NCBI GenBank assembly: GCA_024638625.1
Contig: JAHEJY010000018.1
Coordinates: forward strand, 6,398 to 30,397
Length of the DNA stretch: 24,000 nucleotides
DNA from: Actinomycetes bacterium
GTDB taxonomy: Bacteria > Actinomycetota > Acidimicrobiia > Spongiisociales > SHLN01
Direction: 5' to 3'
A model generated the notes under the pieces. The model was not told the origin of the DNA, did not search any database, and saw nothing but the letters and a program-made list of their open reading frames with translations. The stretch's first letter is position 1, and each line of letters starts with the position of its first letter. This document shows, piece by piece, positions 16,082-23,601 of the stretch. Position numbers and translations under genes: made by a program.

Positions 16082-17839
16082 ATGGCCGCCGGGTACGATG
16101 TTTGGGGCTTCCCCACGAGTCGGAACGGGAGTGACATGGACGCAAGCATCGACCTGGCGTTAAACGAGCTCGCCCGGAAGAAGGACGACTGGGCTTCGCT
16201 GAGCATTGGTCGCAAGGTTCAATACCTGGAGTCGATGCGGACTGCAATCGACCGCACGGCCGCCGAATGGGTACGCCTGGCCCTCGATGGGAAACAGATT
16301 CCGACCGACTCCCCTATCGCCGGCGAAGAATGGATCTCGGGCCCCTATGCCGTTCTGATCGCCATCAACGCCGTCTCCAAAACCCTTCAAGCGTTGCAGT
16401 CCGGTTCGGATGTTCTGGCGGGCACCCGGACCCGGACGGCCAGCGACGGAACCGTGATCGTCAAAGTGTTTCCGGGCGATATCTTCGACCATCTTTTGTT
16501 GAGCGGCTACCGGGCTGAAGTGTGGATGGAGGAGGGCGTCACCCCCGCCAATCTGCGGGACCATGTGGCATCGTTCTATAAGCAGGAAAACCGAAAGGGA
16601 GCTGTCGGCTTGATTCTCGGCGCCGGCAACATCGCTTCCATTCCCCTCCTCGACTTGTTGACGAAGATGTTCACCGAAGGTCAGGTCGTGATCATCAAAA
16701 TGAACCCGGTCAACGATTATCTCGGTCCGATCTTTGAAGAGATCTGCGCCGAGCTCATCGCCGATGGCTATGTTCGCTTCGTATACGGGGGAGGTGACGT
16801 CGGCGATTATTTGACCAAACACGAGGCGATCGACGCTGTCCACGTCACCGGAAGCGCCGAGACCTACTACAAGATCGCATTCGGGGGTGGAGAAGAAGGG
16901 GCGGATCGTCGAGCGCGGAACGAGCCGGTACTGAACAAGCCCTTCACGAGCGAGCTCGGCGGGGTCGGCCCAACTTTCATCGTCCCCGGCCCATGGACAG
17001 CAGCCGATTTCACCTATCAGGCAGAACACCTGGCAACGCAGAAGTTCCACAACGCAGGGTTCAACTGTATCGCTTCCCAGGTCCTCGTTCTCCCGGCGAC
17101 ATGGGATGGGTCGGACCGACTCGTCGACGAGCTCCGCAGGACCATTCGAATGATCCCGGCCCGTGAGGCCTACTACCCGGGGGCTGATGAGCGTCAGGCG
17201 GCTGCCCTGGCGAAACACCCCCATGCCGAAGTCCTCGATTCGGGAACGATTCCGAGAATGCTGATCACCGACGTAGATCCGGACGGCAAAGACCAGTATG
17301 CGTTCACCACCGAATTCTTCGGGGGCGTCTACGCGACGACGAGACTTCCCGAAACCGAACCTGCGGCGTTTGTGCGGGCTGCCACAAAGTTCGCCAACGA
17401 AAAACTGGCAGGAACGCTCGGTGCTCAATTCATCATCCATCCCAAAACTCTCAAAGAAATCGGTTCTGTACTCGAGGAATCCATCGCAGATCTCAACTAT
17501 GGAAGCATCGGGATCAATAGCTGGACGGGAGCCGGCTATCTGCTTCCCGCTGCTACCTGGGGCGCCTATCCCGGCCACACAGCATCCGAGATCGGCAGCG
17601 GGACCGGGGTTGTGCACAACTCCTTCATGTTCGACGTGCCGGAAAAGACGGTTGTCTACGCTCCCTTTCACCCGTTTCCGCGTGCGGTCATCAATCGACA
17701 GTTTCATCTTTCACCGAAACCCCCCTGGTTTGTCACGCACTCCCGTGCCCACGTGGCCGGGGAACGTCTGACCCGCTTCGCCGCCCGGCCCGGTTGGCTT
17801 CACCTGCCCGGCATCTTTGCGGCTGCTCTCCGGAACTAG
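16082..17839 (+). CDS. aldehyde dehydrogenase superfamily protein
   Basis: ALDH landmarks: GAGNIASIP (cofactor-binding region), ELGGVGP (catalytic Glu region), FHNAGFNCIASQ (catalytic Cys region). An alternative start at ATG 16136 (MDASIDLALNEL) has GGGAG just upstream and may be the true start. Confidence 0.88.
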   Translation: MAAGYDVWGFPTSRNGSDMDASIDLALNELARKKDDWASLSIGRKVQYLESMRTAIDRTAAEWVRLALDGKQIPTDSPIAGEEWISGPYAVLIAINAVSKTLQALQSGSDVLAGTRTRTASDGTVIVKVFPGDIFDHLLLSGYRAEVWMEEGVTPANLRDHVASFYKQENRKGAVGLILGAGNIASIPLLDLLTKMFTEGQVVIIKMNPVNDYLGPIFEEICAELIADGYVRFVYGGGDVGDYLTKHEAIDAVHVTGSAETYYKIAFGGGEEGADRRARNEPVLNKPFTSELGGVGPTFIVPGPWTAADFTYQAEHLATQKFHNAGFNCIASQVLVLPATWDGSDRLVDELRRTIRMIPAREAYYPGADERQAAALAKHPHAEVLDSGTIPRMLITDVDPDGKDQYAFTTEFFGGVYATTRLPETEPAAFVRAATKFANEKLAGTLGAQFIIHPKTLKEIGSVLEESIADLNYGSIGINSWTGAGYLLPAATWGAYPGHTASEIGSGTGVVHNSFMFDVPEKTVVYAPFHPFPRAVINRQFHLSPKPPWFVTHSRAHVAGERLTRFAARPGWLHLPGIFAAALRN

Positions 17840-17862
17840 CCACATCACGACGGGCCCATGAT

Positions 17863-17910
17863 GTTTGACAATTGGTGCGTCTGACATTGGTGCGTTTGAC
17901 ATTGCTGCGA
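17863..17910. repeat. three tandem direct repeats GT(T/C)TGACA(A)TTG(G/C)TGCG
   Basis: Copies at 17863-17880, 17879-17895 and 17894-17910, with periods of 16 and 15 bp. The TGACA cores start at 17866, 17882 and 17897. The third copy supplies the -35 element of the promoter candidate. Confidence 0.75.
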
Positions 17911-17918
17911 TCGGGTAA
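17894..17918 (+). promoter_or_regulatory. sigmaB/sigmaF-type (general stress) promoter candidate for the SRPBCC gene
   Basis: GTTT (17894-17897), then 15 nt, then GGGTAA (17913-17918). This fits the GTTT-N15-17-GGGTA pattern of actinobacterial SigF/SigB and Bacillus SigB promoters. It lies 36 nt upstream of the ATG. Confidence 0.45.
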
Positions 17919-17953
17919 CCAACCGGTAGCCAACGTTAAGGAGAGATTCAGCC

Positions 17954-18418
17954 ATGTCGAGCGTTACAGAAACTATCGATATCGATGTCGATGTAAGAAC
18001 CGCGTATAACCAGTGGACCCAGTTCGAGACATTTCCCGAATTCATGGAGGGCGTCGAATACGTACGCCAGGTGGACGACATAACCAACGAATGGAAAGTT
18101 GACATCGGCGGAGTCGAGCGTGAATTCAAGACCGTCATTGCCGAGCAGGAGCCAGACATGCGCATCGCATGGACCACCGTCGAAGGTCCGCCGCACAAGG
18201 GAGTCGTGACCACCCATCGTCTTGATGACGGCAAATCCAGAGTGACGCTACAAATGGACTATGACCCGCAAGGTTTTGTTGAAACCCTCGGTGATACGTT
18301 CGGAATCGTGGCATCCCGGGTTCGCGGTGACCTCGAACGCTTCAAGGAATTTATCGAAGAGCGCGGTAGCGCCACCGGTGGTTGGCGAGGGACCGTCGAA
18401 CAGACAGCGACCGAGTAG
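17954..18418 (+). CDS. SRPBCC (cyclase/dehydrase, START-like) family protein
   Basis: 154 aa. I..DVDVRTAYNQWTQFE.FPEFMEGV....V.D....W is the typical start of actinobacterial Polyketide_cyc2/SRPBCC proteins. Strong SD AAGGAG at 17938-17943. Confidence 0.85.
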   Translation: MSSVTETIDIDVDVRTAYNQWTQFETFPEFMEGVEYVRQVDDITNEWKVDIGGVEREFKTVIAEQEPDMRIAWTTVEGPPHKGVVTTHRLDDGKSRVTLQMDYDPQGFVETLGDTFGIVASRVRGDLERFKEFIEERGSATGGWRGTVEQTATE

Positions 18419-18459
18419 GGCCTCCCAGCCAGTCGGCAGTCACCGACCAACCACGCACC

Positions 18460-18507
18460 AAAAAAACGACAAAGGCCATCCCATGAGAGCGGGGGTGGCT
18501 TTTGTCG
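18460..18507 (-). terminator. intrinsic terminator of treS (possibly also a barrier for the convergent SRPBCC gene)
   Basis: On the minus strand: CGACAAAAGCCACCCC-gctctcat-GGGATGGCCTTTGTCG (14 of 16 positions paired), followed immediately by TTTTTTT (18466-18460). It lies 62 nt after the treS stop. Confidence 0.68.
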
Positions 18508-18568
18508 CGCTCGGGGGCGCGGGTTTGTCGACCGCTACGTCCGTGACCGTATTGCACCTGGCGACTGC

Positions 18569-20206
18569 CTAGTCCGGGCGACGAATCAACCAGCGAAACT
18601 CCCTGGGGCCCAGGTCAATCGTGGCCGGAACCGGTTCGCCCGACACTGCGTCGATCACGTCGATGAACGTGCCGCTGTCATCGCCTTGTCCTGGTACGGC
18701 CATCATGGAAGCCGCTATCTCGACCTGAACCGTCCGATCCGCAACATTCGCCGCAACCAAAACGGACTGCGTCGCATCAGACCTGCTGAATTTCAGGATC
18801 GCCGGGTCATCGCTGGCATGTAGCTCGAAACCTCCTGTGCCGAATACCCCGAGTTTTCGCCTGATGTCCAGGAGCCGTCGGATCTGATTGAGCAGCGAGG
18901 TGTCGTCCTCCATCTCGTTGAGAACATTGATCGTGTCAGAATCAAACCCGGGCGTCGCCACGATCGGAAGGTAATACGATGCGGGATCTGCCGTCGAGAA
19001 ACCGGCCGTCGGCCCCGGTTCCCACTGCATCGGTGTCCTGACGCCATCCCGATCCCGTAGCAGGTATTCGTCGCCCATCCCCAGCTCGTCACCGTAGTAG
19101 AGGAAAGGCGATCCGGGCAGAGATAGCAGGAGGCCGTGGAGTAGCTCGATCAGGCGTCGATCGTTTTCGAGTAGCGGAGCGAGACGTCTTCTGATACCAA
19201 CGTTCTTCTTCATCCGGGGATCCGGCGCATACTCCCGATACATGAACTCACGATCTTCCTCCGTGACCATTTCCAGCGTCAACTCATCGTGATTACGCAA
19301 GAACAGGCCCCACTGGGTCGAGGGAGGGATGGGCGGCGTCGCCTTGATGGCCTCGATGATGTCGTTCGTATGCTGCCGCTTCAACGCCATGAAAAGCGGT
19401 GGCATGATCGGGAAGTGATACGCCATGTGGCATTCGTCTCCGTCGCCCAGATAGTCCACGACCTGAACCGGAGGCTGGTTCGCCTCGGCCAGCAGCATCC
19501 GCTCGTCGAATTCGGCATCAACGGCTGCCCGCAACTCCTTGAGGAACGCGTGCGTCTCGGGGAGGTTTTCGCAATTCGTGCCTTCCCTCTCGAAGAGGTA
19601 GGGAATGGCGTCGAGGCGCAGACCGTCGAACCCGAGCTCGAGCCAGAACCGCACGACATCGACGACGGCCGCACGCACCTGCGGGTTGTCGAAGTTGAGA
19701 TCTGGTTGCTCTGCATAGAAACGATGCCAGAAATAAGCGCCCGCGGTCTCGTCCCAGGTCCAGTTGGAGTCGAGCGAATCGACGAAGATCACCCTGGCGT
19801 CTGGGTATTTGTCTGGAGTATCGCTCCAGACGTACCAATCTCGTTTCGCCGAGCCTGGCTCCCTGCTCTCCAGGAACCATGGGTGTTGGTCGCTCGTATG
19901 GTTCATGACCATATCTGCGATGACCCTCATGCCGCGGGTATGGGCCTGATGAAGCAGTGCCCTGACGTCATCAAGCGTTCCGTACTCGGCCCGAACGCCG
20001 GTCAAATCGCTCACGTCGTATCCCCCGTCGACCATGGGGGAAGGAAAGAAAGGCAGGAGCCACAGGCAATCAACCCCGAGCCATTCCAAATAGTCGAGCT
20101 TCGCCGTTATACCGGCGATATCACCGATCCCGTCTCCATTCGAATCGAAGAAGGCATGAACCGGGATTTCGTAGAAGACCGCGGTTTCGTACCACACGCC
20201 GTGCAC
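18569..20206 (-). CDS. treS: trehalose synthase / maltose alpha-D-glucosyltransferase (GH13), no maltokinase domain
   Basis: WYETAVFYEI.VHAFFDSNGDGIGD..G...KLDYLEWLGVDCLWLLPFFPSP..DGGYDVSD, then VMNHTSDQHPWF, GFDGLRLDA and LRNHDELTLE. These match TreS rather than generic amylases. GTG start at 20206. Confidence 0.88.
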   Translation of the reverse strand: MHGVWYETAVFYEIPVHAFFDSNGDGIGDIAGITAKLDYLEWLGVDCLWLLPFFPSPMVDGGYDVSDLTGVRAEYGTLDDVRALLHQAHTRGMRVIADMVMNHTSDQHPWFLESREPGSAKRDWYVWSDTPDKYPDARVIFVDSLDSNWTWDETAGAYFWHRFYAEQPDLNFDNPQVRAAVVDVVRFWLELGFDGLRLDAIPYLFEREGTNCENLPETHAFLKELRAAVDAEFDERMLLAEANQPPVQVVDYLGDGDECHMAYHFPIMPPLFMALKRQHTNDIIEAIKATPPIPPSTQWGLFLRNHDELTLEMVTEEDREFMYREYAPDPRMKKNVGIRRRLAPLLENDRRLIELLHGLLLSLPGSPFLYYGDELGMGDEYLLRDRDGVRTPMQWEPGPTAGFSTADPASYYLPIVATPGFDSDTINVLNEMEDDTSLLNQIRRLLDIRRKLGVFGTGGFELHASDDPAILKFSRSDATQSVLVAANVADRTVQVEIAASMMAVPGQGDDSGTFIDVIDAVSGEPVPATIDLGPREFRWLIRRPD

Positions 20207-20302
20207 GCTAGCCCTTCTGCCGGCAGCATATCATCGGCGTTGATGGCGTCTTCGGTGAGAACGCGCCTGGCAAACTGACCACACAGCCAACCTGAGGATC
20301 AC

Positions 20303-21679
20303 ATGCCCTATCGAACGATCATCGAACCTTTTCGCATCCACACCGTCCAGGCAATCGACCTTCCCACGCTTCCCCAACGTACTGCTGCCATTCAGCGAGC
20401 CGGCTACAACCTTTTTGGGCTCCATGCCGACGAGGTGATCATCGACTTGCTCACCGATTCGGGTACCGGAGCTATGTCATCTCGCCAATGGGCCGGGATG
20501 ATGGTCGGAGATGAGTCCTACGCAGGCAGTCGCTCGTATTATCGGTTCCGAGATGTGATCAAGGACATCACCGGGTTTTCCGAGGTCATCCCGACCCACC
20601 AAGGCAGGGCAGCCGAGAAAATCCTGTTCACGACGATCGTGGACGAAGGCCAGGTCGTACCCAACAACACCCACTTCGATACCACACGCGCGAATGTCGA
20701 GTATCAAAACGCCGAAGCGCGAGACCTCATCACCCCGATAGGACGCGACCCCGCTGCCGAGCATCCCTTCAAAGGCAACATGGACGTTGAGGCACTCGTC
20801 GAGCTCATCGAACAGGTCGGTCCCGAGCGCGTGCCGATCGTGATGGTCACCGTCACCAATAATTCAGGCGGCGGACAGCCGGTCTCCATGGCGAACCTTC
20901 GTTCCGTGCGCGAAGTGTGCGATCGGTATCGCATCCCCTTCTTTCTCGACGCCTGTCGGTTCGCCGAGAATGCATGGTTCATAAAACAGAGGGAGGAGGG
21001 TTACGCAGACAAGACGCCGAAGGAAATCGCACAAGAGATGTTCGCGCTGGCCGACGGCGCCACGATGTCGGCCAAGAAAGATGGACTCTCGAACATCGGA
21101 GGTTTCCTCGCTATGAACGACGGTGTCCTGGCACAGGAATGCCGCAACCTGTTGATCCTCACCGAGGGGTTTCCCACGTACGGTGGGCTGGCGGGATACG
21201 ACCTCGAGGCGATTGCGCAAGGGCTAACCGAAGTGTTGCAGGAGGAATACCTGCAGTACCGGATTCGATCGACCGCCTATCTGGCAGACAAAGTCGGTGC
21301 GGCAGGCGTTCCGATCGTTCGGCCGCCGGGCGGTCATGCGGTCTATCTCGATGCCAAAGCGTTCCTGCCCCATATTCCCCCCGAGCACTATCCGGCTCAA
21401 TCGCTGGCGATCGAGCTCTATCTCGAAGGCGGTGTACGAGGAGTCGAGATCGGATCAGTCATGTTCGGCAGGCCGCAACCGGACGGGTCCGAGCTTCCAG
21501 CCCCGATGGAACTCGTGCGCCTGGCGGTGCCAAGGCGAACGTACACCCAATCCCATATCGACTATGTGGGCGAAGTCGTGATCGCAGTCGCTGATCGATC
21601 AGAGCAACTGGGCGGGTACCGCATCGTCGACCAGGCGCCGTGGCTGCGCCATTTCACGGCCACATTCGAGCCCCAATAA
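20303..21679 (+). CDS. tnaA: tryptophanase-family PLP beta-eliminating lyase (tryptophanase / tyrosine phenol-lyase)
   Basis: EPFRI....., IDLLTDSGTGAMS, GDESYAGSRSYY, PTHQGRAAE, GGQPVSMANL, ARFAENAWFIKQRE, the PLP-lysine motif MSAKKDGLSNIGGFL, and EGFPTYGGL. There are more TnaA-like than TPL-like positions, but substrate cannot be settled by eye. Confidence 0.88.
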   Translation: MPYRTIIEPFRIHTVQAIDLPTLPQRTAAIQRAGYNLFGLHADEVIIDLLTDSGTGAMSSRQWAGMMVGDESYAGSRSYYRFRDVIKDITGFSEVIPTHQGRAAEKILFTTIVDEGQVVPNNTHFDTTRANVEYQNAEARDLITPIGRDPAAEHPFKGNMDVEALVELIEQVGPERVPIVMVTVTNNSGGGQPVSMANLRSVREVCDRYRIPFFLDACRFAENAWFIKQREEGYADKTPKEIAQEMFALADGATMSAKKDGLSNIGGFLAMNDGVLAQECRNLLILTEGFPTYGGLAGYDLEAIAQGLTEVLQEEYLQYRIRSTAYLADKVGAAGVPIVRPPGGHAVYLDAKAFLPHIPPEHYPAQSLAIELYLEGGVRGVEIGSVMFGRPQPDGSELPAPMELVRLAVPRRTYTQSHIDYVGEVVIAVADRSEQLGGYRIVDQAPWLRHFTATFEPQ

Positions 21680-21711
21680 ACAAAGGACGCACGTTTCTCG
21701 AAGCAACGCGA

Positions 21712-21780
21712 GTTCCTGCAGACCCCCGGCGCTCCTGTCCCGAGCGTCATGCAGGAACGTTTTTCGCGTGTGGTTTTTCC
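21712..21780 (+). terminator. probable intrinsic terminator after the tryptophanase-family gene
   Basis: GTTCCTGCA (21712-21720) pairs with TGCAGGAAC (21750-21758). There is an inner CGCTC/GAGCG helix. Followed by GTTTTTCGCGTGTGGTTTTT. Confidence 0.5.
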
Positions 21781-21915
21781 CGCCGCGTAGCGTGACTAGA
21801 GTTGGTCACGGAGCGGGAGTTCCGGACACGCAGAGCATTGGCGGGGATCTGCAAACGGCCATTAACAGGGCCAGACCGGAAGATGCCTAAGGGCAGGGAC
21901 GAAAGAGGGAAAGCA

Positions 21916-22776
21916 GTGGGACGGGCGGCAGCGAACCAGGCGGCAGCGAACCAGGCGGCAGCGAACCAGGCGGCAGCGGCACGAAACACAGGGAAGTCCG
22001 CGACGGCAGGGCAATCAGCGAGATCCCGTGCAGCCGGAGACGATGAGGTGTCCTCGTCCACGGTCGAGTCCGCATCATGCGACTCAACCCATGCTGTCGA
22101 GCTGGCTGCTTATCGGACCGCACTGTCAGCAATGGCTTTGAAGCTCTCGCGCGCCGTGGATGACGAGCGAACGCGAATCGCGCGAGGTCTGCACGATGAC
22201 TTGGGCCAAACCCTCGTGGCCGCACAGCTACGTCTTGCGGAGCTGAAACGAGGCGGCACCGAACGCGAGATTCGTTCCATCATTCAGCATGTGAACGATC
22301 TCGTCGGTGAAGCTGTCTCCTCGTCGAGGTCACTTACGTTCGAACTGATGACACCGCTCATGCCCGAACTCGGAATCGAGAATGAGCTGAGACACATCAC
22401 CGCAAGGATCGCCAAGCGCCACGACTTCGGGTTCCGCTTCGAATGTGATGCGCTGCCTAAGCCAATGGGCCGAGAAGAAGCAGAGACATTGCTCCGTGCC
22501 GTTCGTGAACTGCTCATCAATGTGGGCAAACACGCCAGGGCCGACACGGCATCCGTGACCATCATCGGAAGGGGAGCAAAGGCGGAGGTCAGTGTTCGGG
22601 ACGACGGTATCGGGTTCGCTACCGAACAAGAGCGCGAGCCTCATGCCACTGGCTTCGGGTTGTTGATCATCCGGGAACGGCTCCGGGAAGTGGGCGGCGA
22701 CATGGTGATCGACTCCAGCCCGGGTGCGGGCACCGAGGTCGTACTGACCATCCCACTGTTACAGGAGCAAACATGA
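21916..22776 (+). CDS. soluble HisKA_3-type sensor histidine kinase lacking TM and recognisable input domain
   Basis: H-box ERTRIARGLHDDLGQTL. HATPase_c motifs: ELLINVGKHA, DDGIGF, GFGLLIIRERL. The N-terminal ~90 aa are low-complexity (AAANQ x3). The ORF track starts at TTG 21802. GTG 21916 has SD GAGGG at 21905-21909, and ATG 21883 is another option. Confidence 0.85.
   Translation: MGRAAANQAAANQAAANQAAAARNTGKSATAGQSARSRAAGDDEVSSSTVESASCDSTHAVELAAYRTALSAMALKLSRAVDDERTRIARGLHDDLGQTLVAAQLRLAELKRGGTEREIRSIIQHVNDLVGEAVSSSRSLTFELMTPLMPELGIENELRHITARIAKRHDFGFRFECDALPKPMGREEAETLLRAVRELLINVGKHARADTASVTIIGRGAKAEVSVRDDGIGFATEQEREPHATGFGLLIIRERLREVGGDMVIDSSPGAGTEVVLTIPLLQEQT
21925..21978. repeat. perfect 15-bp tandem repeat, 3.6 copies (GCGGCAGCGAACCAG), in frame as AAANQ
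   Basis: Identical units at 21925-21939, 21940-21954 and 21955-21969, plus a partial 9-nt copy at 21970-21978. Confidence 0.95.
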
Positions 22777-23432
22777 TGGGGACCGTTCGAGTTCTTGTGG
22801 TGGACGACCACTCCATTGTGCGCGAAGGACTTCGTTCGCTGTTGGAGAAAGAATCCGATATCACGGTGGTAGCTGAAGCACCGGACGGAACGTCAGCACT
22901 CAGCGCAGCGCTGGAGCACCAGCCCGACGTGGTCATGATGGACGTTTCCATGCCGGGCATGAACGGCATCGAGGCAACCAGGCGTGTCACCAGCCTGGTT
23001 CCCGACGCAAGGGTCGTGTGCTTGTCGCTTCACGCCGATCCTCACATAGTCTCGTCAATGCTCGAAGCCGGCGCCTCTGGTTATGTGGTCAAATCGGCCG
23101 ATCTCATCGAATTGGCCACGGCGGTGAGAACGGTGGCGGCAGCTCAGACCTATCTGAGCCCGGCAATCGCGGGCGGGATCGTGCGCGATCATTTGGCCCG
23201 GCGAGCCTCGTTGCCCTCCGAGCCCCGGCTGACCGATCGTGAACGCGAGGTGCTCCAGCTGATCGCCGAAGGCAACGGCACCGGCGAGATCGCCGGACGA
23301 TTGTTCATCAGTGCCAAGACAGTCAGCACCCATAGAGAAAACATCATGCGAAAACTCAACCTCCACAACGTTGTGGCTCTCACAAAATACGCAATCCGTC
23401 AGGGGATCTCGACCGCCGAGCCCGACTTGTAA
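22773..23432 (+). CDS. NarL/FixJ-family response regulator (REC + LuxR-type HTH)
   Basis: VRVLVVDDH...., the MDVSMPGMNG phospho-acceptor region, and the C-terminal LTDREREVLQLIAEGNGTGEIAGRLFISAKTVSTHRENIMRKL. ATGA overlap with the kinase stop (22773-22776). Confidence 0.93.
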   Translation: MMGTVRVLVVDDHSIVREGLRSLLEKESDITVVAEAPDGTSALSAALEHQPDVVMMDVSMPGMNGIEATRRVTSLVPDARVVCLSLHADPHIVSSMLEAGASGYVVKSADLIELATAVRTVAAAQTYLSPAIAGGIVRDHLARRASLPSEPRLTDREREVLQLIAEGNGTGEIAGRLFISAKTVSTHRENIMRKLNLHNVVALTKYAIRQGISTAEPDL

Positions 23433-23465
23433 CCGGACATCGCCGGTTGTCGTTTTGTTCTTTCT
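23431..23465 (+). terminator. weak intrinsic terminator after the NarL-type regulator
   Basis: AACCGG-acatcg-CCGGTT directly after the TAA, followed by the T-rich GTCGTTTTGTTCTTTC. The stem is only 6 bp. Confidence 0.4.
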
Positions 23466-23601
23466 GAGAATAAGAAATGGAGATGTTCCGCACGGCGCAC
23501 TTGGCTTCTAAGGTCATTGCCGATTCAAGCCTGAACCACATAGATGCATAGTTACCACACCTCCCCAACGTGTAGCTCTATTCATCGGTGGTTCAGCAAT
23601 C

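Noticed and set aside
16160-17707. 515-aa ORF on the minus strand, the second-longest unexplained ORF in the track
   Set aside because: It is exactly antisense to the ALDH gene, whose own translation carries clear family motifs. Its translation is Arg/Gly/Asp/Pro-rich with no recognisable motif. Long antisense ORFs are an expected artefact of high GC content, which makes stop codons scarce.
19289-20278. 329-aa plus-strand ORF opposite treS
   Set aside because: It is a shadow ORF of the well-supported TreS coding sequence and has no motifs of its own.
20243-20278. 11-codon ORF (MASSVRTRLAN) upstream of the tryptophanase-family gene as a TnaC-like leader peptide
   Set aside because: It lacks the conserved Trp and Pro features of TnaC and has no SD. 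It is merely the tail of the antisense shadow ORF 19289..20278.
21747-22061. 104-aa minus-strand ORF with an AAAWF repeat
   Set aside because: Its repeat is simply the reverse-complement reading of the 15-bp tandem repeat. It overlaps the terminator region and the kinase 5' end and has no start context.
14856-22776. Direct functional link between the heliorhodopsin and the input-less histidine kinase
   Set aside because: The idea is attractive because heliorhodopsins are suspected sensors and the kinase lacks an input domain. However, the genes are 6 kb apart and separated by oppositely oriented, unrelated genes and terminators. Nothing in the sequence supports coupling.
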